Below are positions 1 to 9,631 of a stretch of 64,000 bases of DNA, piece after piece (within the stretch, counting starts at the first letter, position 1; each line of letters begins with the position of its first letter). This DNA comes from an uncultured Acidobacteriota bacterium. GTDB lineage: Bacteria; Acidobacteriota; UBA6911. Both the position numbers and the translations under genes were made by a program. Under the pieces are notes generated by a model. It saw only the letters and a program-made list of their open reading frames with translations. It was not told the origin of the DNA and ran no database searches. The stretch covers positions 167,918 to 231,917 of the forward strand of contig CAWHCF010000041.1 in the NCBI GenBank assembly GCA_963827655.1. Direction: 5' to 3'.

Positions 1-264
1 CGCAACATGCCTTTTCGAAAGGCGCACGAGCTGGTGGGCAAAATCGTTCTTTACGCTTTGGAGCGGAACTGCAGCCTGGAAGACCTTCGCTTAAGCGAAT
101 TTCGCAGGTTTTCACGCCGCTTTACGCCCGAACTGTACCAGTGGCTTCAGGTCGAACCGAGCCTGGCGCGCCGCCGCGAACGAGGCGGAACCGCCCCGGC
201 CCAGGTCCGTCGAGCTTTGCAGAAATTCCGCAGGCAAATCGGAGAACAAAAAACCAACCGCTAG
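1..264 (+). CDS. argH: Argininosuccinate lyase, C-terminal part (gene starts before the window)
   Basis: MPFRKAHELVGKIV...GGTAPAQV matches the ArgH C-terminal helical domain; stop TAG at 262-264. Confidence 0.9.
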   Translation, partial: RNMPFRKAHELVGKIVLYALERNCSLEDLRLSEFRRFSRRFTPELYQWLQVEPSLARRRERGGTAPAQVRRALQKFRRQIGEQKTNR

Positions 265-496
265 GGTTCGCGCAGAAATAAGTTCGCATTCTGCTGCAGG
301 CCCCCAGCCCCGCTGGCGCGGCGCGAGCGACGATGCTTACCCGGTGCGGTACGTGAGGAGCGAGCAACAAAGCCAGCGGGTCTGCGGGCCGCAGCCCGAA
401 GGGGCGCGATCCTCAGCAGTGCTTAGCGAACAGAAGCCGGTTCATGATTGACCACCGATCTCGCGCCAGAATGTGAAGTTATTTTTGCGCGAGCCC
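264..496. mobile_element. 233-bp MITE, copy 1 (non-coding, about 30-bp terminal inverted repeats)
   Basis: Left end GGGTTCGCGCAGAAATAAGTTCGCATTCTG matches the reverse complement of the right end at 26/30; flanks are CTA and TAA; a same-length, highly similar copy lies at 50168-50400. Confidence 0.85.
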
Positions 497-540
497 TAAG
501 ACTCGAAGACTCAAAGAAAGGCCAGGAACAACAACCAACC

Positions 541-867
541 ACTAGTGCCGTTCCGACTTGTTGTCTCTAAGCATCGAAAGCGAAGAGGCGAGTCGGTGTT
601 TCAGGTAGCGGCCCTCCCTTGCCAGTCTTCAGAAAGCGCTCCCGCCGAAAGGCATCGTCGGGGCTGAGGCACGCTTCGTAGTAGATCAGCTTCAGCGGCA
701 TTCTGTGCGCGGTCGACTTTACACGGCCGGGCACGGTGAAGTGTCATTCGTTCTCGCAGATCACTCGTCGCTCCGGTGTAGAAACGTCCGTCGGCCTCGC
801 TTAACAAGACGTAGGTGTAGTGCACCGGCCTCCTCCCATAGCGCGAAACCGTTGGAACGGCACTAGT
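541..867. mobile_element. Small inverted-repeat-bounded element carrying a GIY-YIG nuclease gene
   Basis: ACTAGTGCCGTTCCGAC (541-557) matches the reverse complement of GTTGGAACGGCACTAGT (851-867) at 16/17; CTAG at both ends (542-545 and 863-866). Confidence 0.7.
542..825 (-). CDS. GIY-YIG nuclease family protein (YhbQ/UPF0213-like), about 93 aa after correcting two +1 indels
   Basis: YTYVLLS...FYTG-T-DL--R---H; after frame correction near 730 and 615 it continues GRVKSTAHRMPLKLIYYEACLSPDDAFRRERFLKTGKGGRYLKHRL...KSERH*; GGAGG SD upstream of the GTG start. Confidence 0.8.
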
Positions 868-2779
868 CTTCGAGATAGGTGTAACTTTCGAGAGTGGATC
901 GAAAAGAATCCATCAGAGACTCGCGCTCGTCGGCGCTTGTGCGGGACTGAACCTGGACGGCATTAATCGCTTGCCGGAATCCGTCGAGCAGACTCTGCGT
1001 GTCATAGCCGGCCGTGGTGAGGACGTGGCCCAGCGACTCGCCTCGAATAACTTTGTCGAGATGTGGACGTCCTGCATCATCGACCAGGAAGTGCGCTTCG
1101 TTCACGGAGCCAAGCAGATTGTGATTCATGCCAAGTGATTCCTGGTAGGCTCCGATCAGAGTCATGGCCAGGAAATACGGCTCGGCGTTCACGCCGTGCA
1201 GCTCAAGCGCTTGTTTGACGTCTCGCAAGTCGACAAACTTGTCGATCTGTCCGTCCGAATCGCACGTGATATCGCAGAGCGTAGCGCGCTCGGTGGGCTC
1301 TTCGTTCAGCCGGGTTACCGGTATGATGGGAAACAGCTGATCAAGAGCCCAGGTGTCCGGCGACGATTGAAACACAGAAAAGTTGCAGATGTACTTGCTG
1401 GCCAGAATGTTCTCCAGGTCGGCAAACTCCTCGGGCCTTTCCTTCATCGAGCGAGAAAACTTGATGGCCTTGCGGCAGATTTCCCAGAACAGCCACTCGC
1501 CATGGGCCCGGTTCTGGAGATTCAGATAGCCAAGATTGAACAGCGATTGGAGCTCTTCCCGGTGTTGCAACGCGTCGTGATAGTATTCGCGGAAATTTTT
1601 CGGATTGATGTCCTTGTGCAGGTCCATCATTTCCCGAACCACTTCGGAATCTACTTTGGAAGGGCTGATCTCGGTTCCGCCCAAGCCAGGGTTCAGGGTT
1701 CGGATCACGTTGGTTATGAACATTGCGTGATGGGCGACGACGGCGCGTCCGCTCTCGGTGACAATGGTCGGCGGAGGCACGTTTTCCGAAAGGCAGATTT
1801 CATTGATGGTGTAAACAATGTCGTTGGCGAACTCCTGCACGCTGTAGTTCACGCTGCAGTCGGAAGCCGTTCGGCTGCCGTCGTAGTCGACTCCCAGCCC
1901 GCCGCCTACATTCAGATATTCGACCGGGTAGCCCATCTTGTGGACTTTGGCATAAACCCGAGCCGCCTCCTTGATAGCGCTCTTGATCCTGCGAATATCG
2001 GTTATCTGAGAGCCGATATGGAAATGAAGCATCTTGAGTTGCTGCGTCAGTTGCTGATCGGAGACCAGCTTCAAACAATCCAGGAGTTGAATGGTATTGA
2101 TCCCGAATTTCGAGGTCTCCCCGCCGGACTCCTCCCATTTTCCTGCACCGCGGGAAAATATGCGGACGCGCACACCCAGGATCGGTTTTGCCTGCAGTGA
2201 AGTCGCCACCTCTATGATCTTTCTGAGATCCGAAACCTCCTCCATGACGATCACCGGATTCTTGCCGATTTTCGCCGCCTGCATCGCCCACTCCAGGTAG
2301 CGACGATCCTTAACTCCATTGCACACCAAAAGCGCATTGGGATGCATCGAAACGGTGAGAGCGGCGGCCAGTTCGGCTTTGGTTCCTACTTCGAGGCCGT
2401 ATTCATAGCGATGGCCGGCTGAGACCAGACGTTCGACTACGCTGCGTTTCTGGTTCACCTTCATCGGGAAGACTCCCCGATGACGCGCCCCGTAATTGTA
2501 CTCGGCGATGGAGTTACGGAAGGCTTCGTGAAACTCTTTGATCTGAGTATCCAGAATCTGAGGGAAGCGCAAGAGGAAGGGAGCGGGGACTTTACGCTGG
2601 GCAAGGGTCTGCAACAGCGCGATGATCTCCACTCCCATAAGCGGGTTGCGAGTGGGATGAACCGTCAGACATCCTTGCTCGCTGACCCCGAAGTAACCGG
2701 CTCCCCAATTCTCCACGCCGTAAATCCGGTGCGGTATCTCGCTCGGCGTCAAACGAAGAGCCTGGGTCAGTTCTTTCAT
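863..2779 (-). CDS. speA: Biosynthetic arginine decarboxylase
   Basis: 638 aa; WGAGYF, FPMKVNQ (PLP lysine), HFHIGSQI, VGGGLGVDYDG, DITCDSDG motifs. Confidence 0.95.
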   Translation of the reverse strand: MKELTQALRLTPSEIPHRIYGVENWGAGYFGVSEQGCLTVHPTRNPLMGVEIIALLQTLAQRKVPAPFLLRFPQILDTQIKEFHEAFRNSIAEYNYGARHRGVFPMKVNQKRSVVERLVSAGHRYEYGLEVGTKAELAAALTVSMHPNALLVCNGVKDRRYLEWAMQAAKIGKNPVIVMEEVSDLRKIIEVATSLQAKPILGVRVRIFSRGAGKWEESGGETSKFGINTIQLLDCLKLVSDQQLTQQLKMLHFHIGSQITDIRRIKSAIKEAARVYAKVHKMGYPVEYLNVGGGLGVDYDGSRTASDCSVNYSVQEFANDIVYTINEICLSENVPPPTIVTESGRAVVAHHAMFITNVIRTLNPGLGGTEISPSKVDSEVVREMMDLHKDINPKNFREYYHDALQHREELQSLFNLGYLNLQNRAHGEWLFWEICRKAIKFSRSMKERPEEFADLENILASKYICNFSVFQSSPDTWALDQLFPIIPVTRLNEEPTERATLCDITCDSDGQIDKFVDLRDVKQALELHGVNAEPYFLAMTLIGAYQESLGMNHNLLGSVNEAHFLVDDAGRPHLDKVIRGESLGHVLTTAGYDTQSLLDGFRQAINAVQVQSRTSADERESLMDSFRSTLESYTYLED

Positions 2780-2860
2780 TTATGACTCGCTCCGCCTGGG
2801 AAGTGGGAAGACCTGCGAATTTCAAATCCTGCAAGTTACCAAACGCGTACCCTTAAATCA

Positions 2861-2951
2861 ATTGACGATTTACGATTGACGAATTGAGGCTGAGTCTGCG
2901 ATTAGCCGCAAGCTTGTGCAATCGTCAATCGTCAATCGTCAATCGTCAATC
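2861..2951. repeat. Paired inverted heptamer arrays (GATTGAC)n ... (CAATCGT)n
   Basis: ATTGACGATTTACGATTGACG at 2861-2881 and CAATCGTCAATCGTCAATCGTCAATCGTCAATC at 2919-2951, immediately after the efp stop. Confidence 0.85.
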
Positions 2952-2955
2952 AGAG

Positions 2956-3519
2956 CTAGGTCTTCACACGTTCCAGGTATTTCCCACCACTGGTATCGAC
3001 TCGAAGAAGCTCTCCCTCGTTAATGAAAGGAGGCACCTGGATGACGAGTCCGGTTTCCAGCGTGGCCGGTTTATTGACGTTGCTCACCGTGGCCCCGCGC
3101 AGGGCAGGTTCTGTGGACACCACTCTCAACTCGACCGAGGCCGGCAACTCGACCCCGATGGGTTTACCTTCGTAAAACTCCACCTGGATCTTGATGTTCG
3201 GAACCAGGTAGGAAACACCGTCTTCGAGCAGTTCCTTGGGAAGATGCAGTTGATCGAACGTCTCGGTGTTCATGAAATAGAAGTCCGAGCCATCCGAGTA
3301 GAGATACTCCATTTCGTGGTTCTCGAGGTACGCTTGTTCTATTCGGTCTTCTGAACGAAACCGGTGCTCGATGATGGAACCGGACTTGATGGATTTCAGT
3401 TTGGTCTGAACCATGCCGCGCCAGTTTCCAGGGGTGATGTGCTGGAAGGAGAATACGCGATACAGTTGGCCGTTGAGTTTGATGGTCATTCCACGCTTGA
3501 TCTGAGTTGCAGCAATCAT
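2956..3519 (-). CDS. efp: Elongation factor P
   Basis: 187 aa; HITPGNWRG loop, KPATLETG, VPPFINEGE, VDT motifs. Confidence 0.95.
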   Translation of the reverse strand: MIAATQIKRGMTIKLNGQLYRVFSFQHITPGNWRGMVQTKLKSIKSGSIIEHRFRSEDRIEQAYLENHEMEYLYSDGSDFYFMNTETFDQLHLPKELLEDGVSYLVPNIKIQVEFYEGKPIGVELPASVELRVVSTEPALRGATVSNVNKPATLETGLVIQVPPFINEGELLRVDTSGGKYLERVKT

Positions 3520-3558
3520 AGTAACGCCTCAAGAATACAAAGATGTGATTTTAGCGGA

Positions 3559-4242
3559 TTAATGCCTTGGCGGCGGATTTTTGTTTCGGATCAGCCTGGG
3601 TCGCGAACGGCGACCGACTTTTCTCTTCGCTCTGATCCGGAGCGCCTCGATGATGGCGGGAAGAATCGAAAGGAAAACGACGACGGCAATTACCACGTGA
3701 ATGTGCCGGTTGATGTCCGGGACCAGGGAACCCAGCCAGAATCCGCCCAGCAGCATACTCCAGACCCAGAGGATGCCGCCCAGTACGTTGTAGGTAACAA
3801 AGCTTCTGTAGTTCATGTTCGCGGCCCCGGCGACCGCGGGAGCGAAGGTTCGGATTATCGGAACAAAGCGAGCGATCACGATCGTCTTGGCCCCGTATTT
3901 CTCATAAAACTCGTGCGCGCGCTCGAGGTGCCGTTTTCTGAAGATGAGAGAATCTTCGCGGCGATACAGGGCGTGACCTGCCTTGCGGCCGATGAGGTAG
4001 CCAACCTGATCGCCGACAATAGCGCACAGCGAGACCAGCAAGAGAAGCCACCAGAGGTTCAAATGCCCTGCGGCGGCAAAGATCCCCGCCGAAACTAGAA
4101 GGGAGTCTCCGGGAAGAAAAAAGCCGACAAACAGGCCCGTTTCGACAAACACAATGCTGCAGATGAGGAAAGTACCTCCCCAGCGTATCAGACCCTCGAC
4201 GTCGTAGATGAAATGAAAGGCGTCTTTCAGAAACTCTATCAT
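3559..4242 (-). CDS. DedA/VTT family membrane protein
   Basis: FVETGLFVGFFLPGDSLL and ARFVPIIRTFAP DedA motifs. Confidence 0.9.
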   Translation of the reverse strand: MIEFLKDAFHFIYDVEGLIRWGGTFLICSIVFVETGLFVGFFLPGDSLLVSAGIFAAAGHLNLWWLLLLVSLCAIVGDQVGYLIGRKAGHALYRREDSLIFRKRHLERAHEFYEKYGAKTIVIARFVPIIRTFAPAVAGAANMNYRSFVTYNVLGGILWVWSMLLGGFWLGSLVPDINRHIHVVIAVVVFLSILPAIIEALRIRAKRKVGRRSRPRLIRNKNPPPRH

Positions 4243-5486
4243 TGGCGCAAGCTATGAGGCAGCTTCCCCTCAATTTCAGCGAGAAGCTCCTTCTCGGTCA
4301 AAACGCGGTCGGAGGATTTGGCTTTGGCGAAGATCCGTTCGATCAGCTCGTCGCTGGCTGGAATTCCGCGCTTTTCCAGCCAGTAAACCACATTTGATTT
4401 CCCGCTTACGGGGCCGACTTCGATGCGCTGTTCCAGGCCGAACCAGTGAGAAGGAACACCGGAGTACACCAGATTCGCCAGTTCGACATCTCCTTTTTTC
4501 AGCGCTTTGATGACTGCGGCCGCATGCACGCCGGTTCCGGTGCGGAATGCATCTTCCCCCACGACAGGATAGTTGGCAGGAATCGGGACGTCCGTGGCTT
4601 CCGAAACCGCCAGGCAATAGTCTTTCAAGCGGGAAAGGTCTCCCGCAATATAGCCCATCAGCCGTAGATTGACGAGGAGAAGATCCATGGACGTATTCCC
4701 GACCCGCTCCCCGATGCCCAGGCCCGAGGCGTGAAGCTGATGAGCGCCCGCCTCGAAGGCCGTAATCGCGTTGATGACTCCCAGCCCGCGATCACCGTGC
4801 CCGTGCCAGTCGACTCGAATCTCCGCGCCACTGGGACGAATTACCTCATCGAAGACGAACCGGATGAGACTCCGGACGCCTCCTGGAGTCGCGTGCCCGA
4901 CTGTGTCGCAAACCACGACAGCTCTCGCGCCCCAGCGGATCGCCTCCGAGAATACTTTCCGCACTACATCCGGACGCGAACGAGTGGTGTCTTCGGTTAC
5001 AAACATTACCGGAAGTCCCTCGTGAACCGCAAAACGAACCGCCTCCTCGCCGTGTCTTAGAATCGCATCCAGGTCCCAATCTTCGGCGTACTGGCGGATG
5101 GGGCTGGTGCCGATGAAAGCGGCGACCTCAATTGGATAACCGACCCTCTGGGAAATCTCCACGATGGGCCGGATATCCGCTATCACGGTGCGGGCAGCGC
5201 AATAGGGATGAATTCGCATGCGCTGTTCAGTGATCTCCCGCGCCAGTCTCATCGTATGCGACGCCACATGCGGGCCGGCGCCGGGCAGACCAATGTCGGC
5301 CACCTGGATGCCCAGCGATTCCATGAGATGAAGTATCGTCAGCTTTTCTGAAATCGAAGGGTTTCTGACCGATGGTGACTGCAGACCATCTCTAAGTGTT
5401 TCGTCGGCGAGTGAAACCGAGCGACGAGGCACCGCGTCCTCTGTTCTTGAGTTCCAGTCATAAATCAAATCAGACTCTTGGCTCAT
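4239..5486 (-). CDS. 2-isopropylmalate/homocitrate synthase family (DRE-TIM) protein lacking the C-terminal regulatory domain
   Basis: DETLRDGLQ, CDTVG, HGHGDRG, GIGERVGN, GVHAAAV motifs; only 415 aa. Confidence 0.85.
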   Translation of the reverse strand: MSQESDLIYDWNSRTEDAVPRRSVSLADETLRDGLQSPSVRNPSISEKLTILHLMESLGIQVADIGLPGAGPHVASHTMRLAREITEQRMRIHPYCAARTVIADIRPIVEISQRVGYPIEVAAFIGTSPIRQYAEDWDLDAILRHGEEAVRFAVHEGLPVMFVTEDTTRSRPDVVRKVFSEAIRWGARAVVVCDTVGHATPGGVRSLIRFVFDEVIRPSGAEIRVDWHGHGDRGLGVINAITAFEAGAHQLHASGLGIGERVGNTSMDLLLVNLRLMGYIAGDLSRLKDYCLAVSEATDVPIPANYPVVGEDAFRTGTGVHAAAVIKALKKGDVELANLVYSGVPSHWFGLEQRIEVGPVSGKSNVVYWLEKRGIPASDELIERIFAKAKSSDRVLTEKELLAEIEGKLPHSLRQ

Positions 5487-5493
5487 AAGGAGT

Positions 5494-6051
5494 CTAGATT
5501 TCGAGGATCTCGGCTTCTTTTTTCTTGAACAGCGAATCTATCTTGGCTACGTAGTCATCGGTAAGATCCTGCACTTTTTTAAGACCTTCTTTCTCCTGGT
5601 CCTCGGAGATTGTTTTATCTTTCAAGAAAGCCTTCAACTGATCATTGGCGTCATGCCGCACCTGCCGCACCGCCACGCGGTGCTGCTCGGCGATGTGCTT
5701 GATAGACTTCGCCAGCTGTTTACGGCGTTCTTCCGTGAGCGGCGGGATCGGCAAGCGCACAACTTTACCATCGTTGGTTGGGGTCAGTCCGAGATCCGAT
5801 GCAAGAATGGCCTTTTCTATGTTCGAGATGGTCGAGGTGTCCCACGGCTGAATTACAATCAGAGTCGGATCCGGCGTCGAGAGAGAAGCCATTTGATTCA
5901 GCGGGGTAGGAGTACCGTAGTAGTTTGCCTGAATGTGATCGAGAATACTGATCGACGCCCGCCCCGTCCGGATCGTGGCCAGGTCACGCTGCATGTCTTC
6001 GACGCATTTTTCCATTCTTTTTCTCGTAGTGTCGAGTACCTGTCGGATCAT
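5494..6051 (-). CDS. frr: Ribosome recycling factor
   Basis: IRTGRAS, YYGTPTPL, PPLTEERRK motifs; 185 aa. Confidence 0.97.
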   Translation of the reverse strand: MIRQVLDTTRKRMEKCVEDMQRDLATIRTGRASISILDHIQANYYGTPTPLNQMASLSTPDPTLIVIQPWDTSTISNIEKAILASDLGLTPTNDGKVVRLPIPPLTEERRKQLAKSIKHIAEQHRVAVRQVRHDANDQLKAFLKDKTISEDQEKEGLKKVQDLTDDYVAKIDSLFKKKEAEILEI

Positions 6052-6115
6052 GGGCTAATCTCCTTTTCGAGCGACGAGGATCGCGCGCTATCGCACCAGC
6101 CGGAAGCCAATCGCG

Positions 6116-6838
6116 TTAGGCTCGGATGACAGATCCCACACGGGAGCCCAGAACAACATTCTTGATATTACCATGGCGGAGCAGATTGAAAACCACGATG
6201 GGCAGCTTGTTGTCCATGCAGAGAGTAATGGCGGTCGTGTCCATGACTCTGAGTCCCTTTTCCAGTACCTCAAGGTAAGTCAGATGCTTCAGCAGCTTGG
6301 CCGACGGACTCGTGACTGGATCCCGGTCGTAGATCCCATCAACCTTGGTCGCCTTTAGAATTACGTCGGCGCCGATCTCGACGGCCCGCAACGCTGCCGC
6401 CGTGTCGGTGGAAAAGTAGGGGTTTCCAGTCCCTGCGGCAAAAATTACGACTCTCCCTTTTTCCAGGTGGCGAATAGCTCGCCGCCTGATGTAGGGTTCC
6501 GCGACCTCTTTCATTTCGATCGCCGATTGGACCCGGGTATAGACGTTCCTTTTCTCGAGGGCGTTCTGCAGGGCAAGGGCGTTTATGACGGTGGCAAGCA
6601 TACCCATATAATCGCCGCTGACTCGATCCATGCCTGCGGCGCTTACCGCAATGCCACGGATTATGTTTCCACCGCCAACAGTCGCTGCCACCTGAACACC
6701 CAGGTCATGAATCTCCTGAATCTCGGCTGCGATGCGACCGGCCATCAGGGGGTCGACACCGAAGCCCTGTTCCCCGATAAGGGCCTGCCCGCTCAGCTTC
6801 AACACCACTCGATGATATCTCGGCTTATTGGCCTTCAC
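6116..6838 (-). CDS. pyrH: UMP kinase
   Basis: [36 protein letters not shown] motifs. Confidence 0.97.
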   Translation of the reverse strand: MKANKPRYHRVVLKLSGQALIGEQGFGVDPLMAGRIAAEIQEIHDLGVQVAATVGGGNIIRGIAVSAAGMDRVSGDYMGMLATVINALALQNALEKRNVYTRVQSAIEMKEVAEPYIRRRAIRHLEKGRVVIFAAGTGNPYFSTDTAAALRAVEIGADVILKATKVDGIYDRDPVTSPSAKLLKHLTYLEVLEKGLRVMDTTAITLCMDNKLPIVVFNLLRHGNIKNVVLGSRVGSVIRA

Positions 6839-6889
6839 GCACCCCCCAAATCAGTGGTCAGCCTCTAACCACGAAGACTCGATCCCGTT

Positions 6890-7480
6890 TCATTCACCCA
6901 GTCGGTAACGGACAAATCGGCGGACCCTGATATTCTCGCCGATCTTGCCGATGTAGCTCGCGATGTGCTCGTTTACGGTGATTCCGGGATCTCGCACGAA
7001 AGGCTGGTCCAGAAGGCAATTCTCGGAGTAGAACTTCGACATCCGCCCTTCCACAATCTTGTCCAGAACGTTCTCCGGCTTGCCGGTCGAGCGCGCCTGC
7101 TCCCTGTAGATCTCCCGCTCCTTCGCCAGGATCTCCTCGGTTACATCTTCTTTGCGGATAAAATGCGGATCACTGGCGGCGATGTGCATCGCCAGGTCTT
7201 TTACCAGCGCCTGAAAATCATTGTTGCGGGCGACAAAATCAGTCTCGCAGTTGACCTCGACCATTACGCCGATTTTGCCGGTGTGCACGTAGGCGCCGAT
7301 GAGACCTTCCTTGGTCTCTCTTCCCGCCTTTCTGGACTGGGCCGATAGACCTTTTTTCCGCAGTACGGTGATGGCGGCTTCCAGATCGCCATTGGTTTCC
7401 TGGAGCGCGCTTTTGCATTCCATAATGCCGACGCCTGTCTTCTCGCGAAGTTCTCTGACCTTCTCCGCCGATACACTCAT
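6890..7480 (-). CDS. tsf: Elongation factor Ts (short form, about 196 aa)
   Basis: VRELREKTGVGIMECK and EVNCETDFVA; start chosen at ATG 7480. Confidence 0.95.
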   Translation of the reverse strand: MSVSAEKVRELREKTGVGIMECKSALQETNGDLEAAITVLRKKGLSAQSRKAGRETKEGLIGAYVHTGKIGVMVEVNCETDFVARNNDFQALVKDLAMHIAASDPHFIRKEDVTEEILAKEREIYREQARSTGKPENVLDKIVEGRMSKFYSENCLLDQPFVRDPGITVNEHIASYIGKIGENIRVRRFVRYRLGE

Positions 7481-7594
7481 ACTTCTCTTGTCCTTTCTTT
7501 CTTTGGGCAGCAAACCGACCACAAACGACGCCAGGAGGCGACGAAACGCTTGGAGGATTGCTGCTCAGGTTTGGATTGGCGGGTGAGTTTGGAC

Positions 7595-8659
7595 CTAGCC
7601 GCCGGAAGCTTCGTGACCGTTCGTTATCTCGGAGCTGTCGTCCGGGGTGGTAACGAGTTTAGAGTCTTCCTCGGCCTGGGGAGTCGCCGGAGCTTCGAGC
7701 GGTGCATCAGTCTCAGGCTTCTTCGACTTGGGCTTCCGCTGGAGCGCCTTTCTGACCGTAGTCTTGGGCTTGGCCGTCGGGTCTCCCTGAGCAGGAGCAG
7801 CTTCCGAAGGCGCAGCAGCTGTTTCCGCGGTTCCCTTCCCTTCGGCGGCTTTCCGCGCGGCAGCTTCGGCCGCCGCCGCCGCCGCGGCTCTGGCCGCCGC
7901 TTCACGCGCCACCTGTTGGGCCTGGAGCTGACGCTGTCTTTCCAATTGATCGGCCAATTCCTTTTGCTGGGCCTCGTAGACAGCTTTTCCTTCCAGGTAT
8001 GCCTGAGCGATCGTTCCGGCTATCAGCCGAATCGCCCTTAGCGCGTCGTCGTTGCCTGGAATGATGTAATCGATTTCGTCGGGATCGCAGTTGGTATCGG
8101 CAACTCCGATGATCGGAATTCCCAGTTTCCGAGCCTCCTGTATGGCGATCGATTCCCTCTTGGTATCGATCACAAATAGCCCATCAGGTAGGCTGGCCAT
8201 GTCCTTGATGCCGGACAGGTTCTTCTCGAGCTTCTTGCGTTCGCGCTCGTATCGGGCCACTTCTTTCTTGGAAAACAGCTCGTACTGCCCGTTGGTTCGC
8301 ATGGCTTCCAGTTCGCGGAAGCGCTTGAGGCTTTTCTGGATCGTGACGAAGTTTGTCAGAAGCCCGCCCAACCAGCGTTGATTGACGTAGAACATGCCGC
8401 ACCGCTGAGCTTCTTCCTGGATGGCATCCTGGGCCTGGCGCTTCGTCCCCAAGAAAAGAATCGTCTTTCCGCGCGCTCCAAGCTCCTGAACAAACTGCAC
8501 GGCATTCTTGAACAGCTTCAAGCTTTTCTGAAGGTCGATGATATAAATGCCGTTGCGCTCTCCGAAGATGTACTCCTTCATCTTGGGATTCCAGCGCTTG
8601 GTCTGGTGGCCAAAGTGGACACCAGCCTCCAGAAGTTGCTTCATGGTGATAGAAACCAA
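7595..8659 (-). CDS. rpsB: 30S ribosomal protein S2 with Ala/Pro/Lys-rich C-terminal extension
   Basis: [34 protein letters not shown] motifs. Confidence 0.97.
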   Translation of the reverse strand: MVSITMKQLLEAGVHFGHQTKRWNPKMKEYIFGERNGIYIIDLQKSLKLFKNAVQFVQELGARGKTILFLGTKRQAQDAIQEEAQRCGMFYVNQRWLGGLLTNFVTIQKSLKRFRELEAMRTNGQYELFSKKEVARYERERKKLEKNLSGIKDMASLPDGLFVIDTKRESIAIQEARKLGIPIIGVADTNCDPDEIDYIIPGNDDALRAIRLIAGTIAQAYLEGKAVYEAQQKELADQLERQRQLQAQQVAREAAARAAAAAAAEAAARKAAEGKGTAETAAAPSEAAPAQGDPTAKPKTTVRKALQRKPKSKKPETDAPLEAPATPQAEEDSKLVTTPDDSSEITNGHEASGG

Positions 8660-8674
8660 ACAGACCTCCTCATT

Positions 8675-9067
8675 CTACCGCTTGGAGAATTGGAACCTCT
8701 TGCGAGCTCCCTTTTGACCGTATTTTTTTCGTTCTTTGATCCGGGAATCACGCGTCAGCAACCCCGCACGTTTCAGCCTCGGCCGTAGCTCGGCGTTGAA
8801 TTCGAGGAGGGCCCGCGTAATCCCCAGACGAATGGCGCCCGCCTGCCCCGAGACGCCCCCGCCCATCACGGTCGCGCGCACATCGAACTTGGCGACATTG
8901 TCTGTGATGGTCAAGGGGTAACGAATCACTGTGCGCTGGGTTTCATTGCAGAAATACTTGCTCAGATCGCGCTTGTTCACGTTCATCTGGCCCGTTCCGG
9001 GAATCAGATAGACCCGCGCCGTCGAGCTTTTGCGTTTTCCAGTCCCGTAATATTGAACCACTGCCAA
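8675..9067 (-). CDS. rpsI: 30S ribosomal protein S9
   Basis: [15 protein letters not shown] and [19 protein letters not shown]. Confidence 0.97.
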   Translation of the reverse strand: MAVVQYYGTGKRKSSTARVYLIPGTGQMNVNKRDLSKYFCNETQRTVIRYPLTITDNVAKFDVRATVMGGGVSGQAGAIRLGITRALLEFNAELRPRLKRAGLLTRDSRIKERKKYGQKGARKRFQFSKR

Positions 9068-9132
9068 GATCGCACTCCTCCTAAATGGAAAGATCCCCAG
9101 TTCGCCAGGGTGGTGTTTGACTGGGGCTTTGC

Positions 9133-9561
9133 CTACAGAGCAAGATTTGTGGGTCGCTGAGCTTGATGTGGATGATGAGGACCGCGGTACACTTTCAACT
9201 TCCGCCTCATTGCACGACCCAGCTTCGTCTTGGGAAGCATTCCGCTCACGGCTTCCCGCACCAGTTTTTCCGGGTTCTTGGCCAGCAAATCCCCCGCAGC
9301 GATCTCGCGCAGGCCACCGGGAAACCCCGTATGACGGCGGTACATCTTTTCGGAGAGCTTCTTTCCCGTGAGCTTTACCTTCTCAGCGTTGATGACGATT
9401 ACGTGGTCACCCGTATCCAGAAAGGTCACATACGTGGGCTTATCCTTGCCGGTAAGCAAACGGGCCACTCGACTCGCAAGTCTCCCCAGCACTTTGCCCT
9501 CGGCATCCAACACATGCCAGTTACTCTGAATTTCACTCTTTCGAGGTACGTAGCTCTTCAT
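9133..9561 (-). CDS. rplM: 50S ribosomal protein L13
   Basis: [33 protein letters not shown] motifs. Confidence 0.97.
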   Translation of the reverse strand: MKSYVPRKSEIQSNWHVLDAEGKVLGRLASRVARLLTGKDKPTYVTFLDTGDHVIVINAEKVKLTGKKLSEKMYRRHTGFPGGLREIAAGDLLAKNPEKLVREAVSGMLPKTKLGRAMRRKLKVYRGPHHPHQAQRPTNLAL

Positions 9562-9602
9562 ACAACGCCTAATTGCGTGACAACACTGAAAAACAATCCT
9601 TT

Positions 9603-9631
9603 AGGCTAGCCAACGAAGTAATAGCTGTCAA
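9603..9631 (-). promoter_or_regulatory. Sigma70-type promoter of the rplM operon
   Basis: Minus strand TTGACA-N17-TAGCCT, about 40 bp upstream of the rplM ATG. Confidence 0.6.

Noticed and set aside
1196-2200. Long antisense ORFs (also 32448-34055, 35732-36997, 53830-55008, 13349-14212)
   Set aside because: They shadow well-supported genes on the opposite strand in GC-rich DNA and have no recognisable motifs.
7595-7990. Ala/Pro-rich S2 extension as a novel fusion
   Set aside because: Low-complexity C-terminal tails are common in RpsB; no domain is evident.
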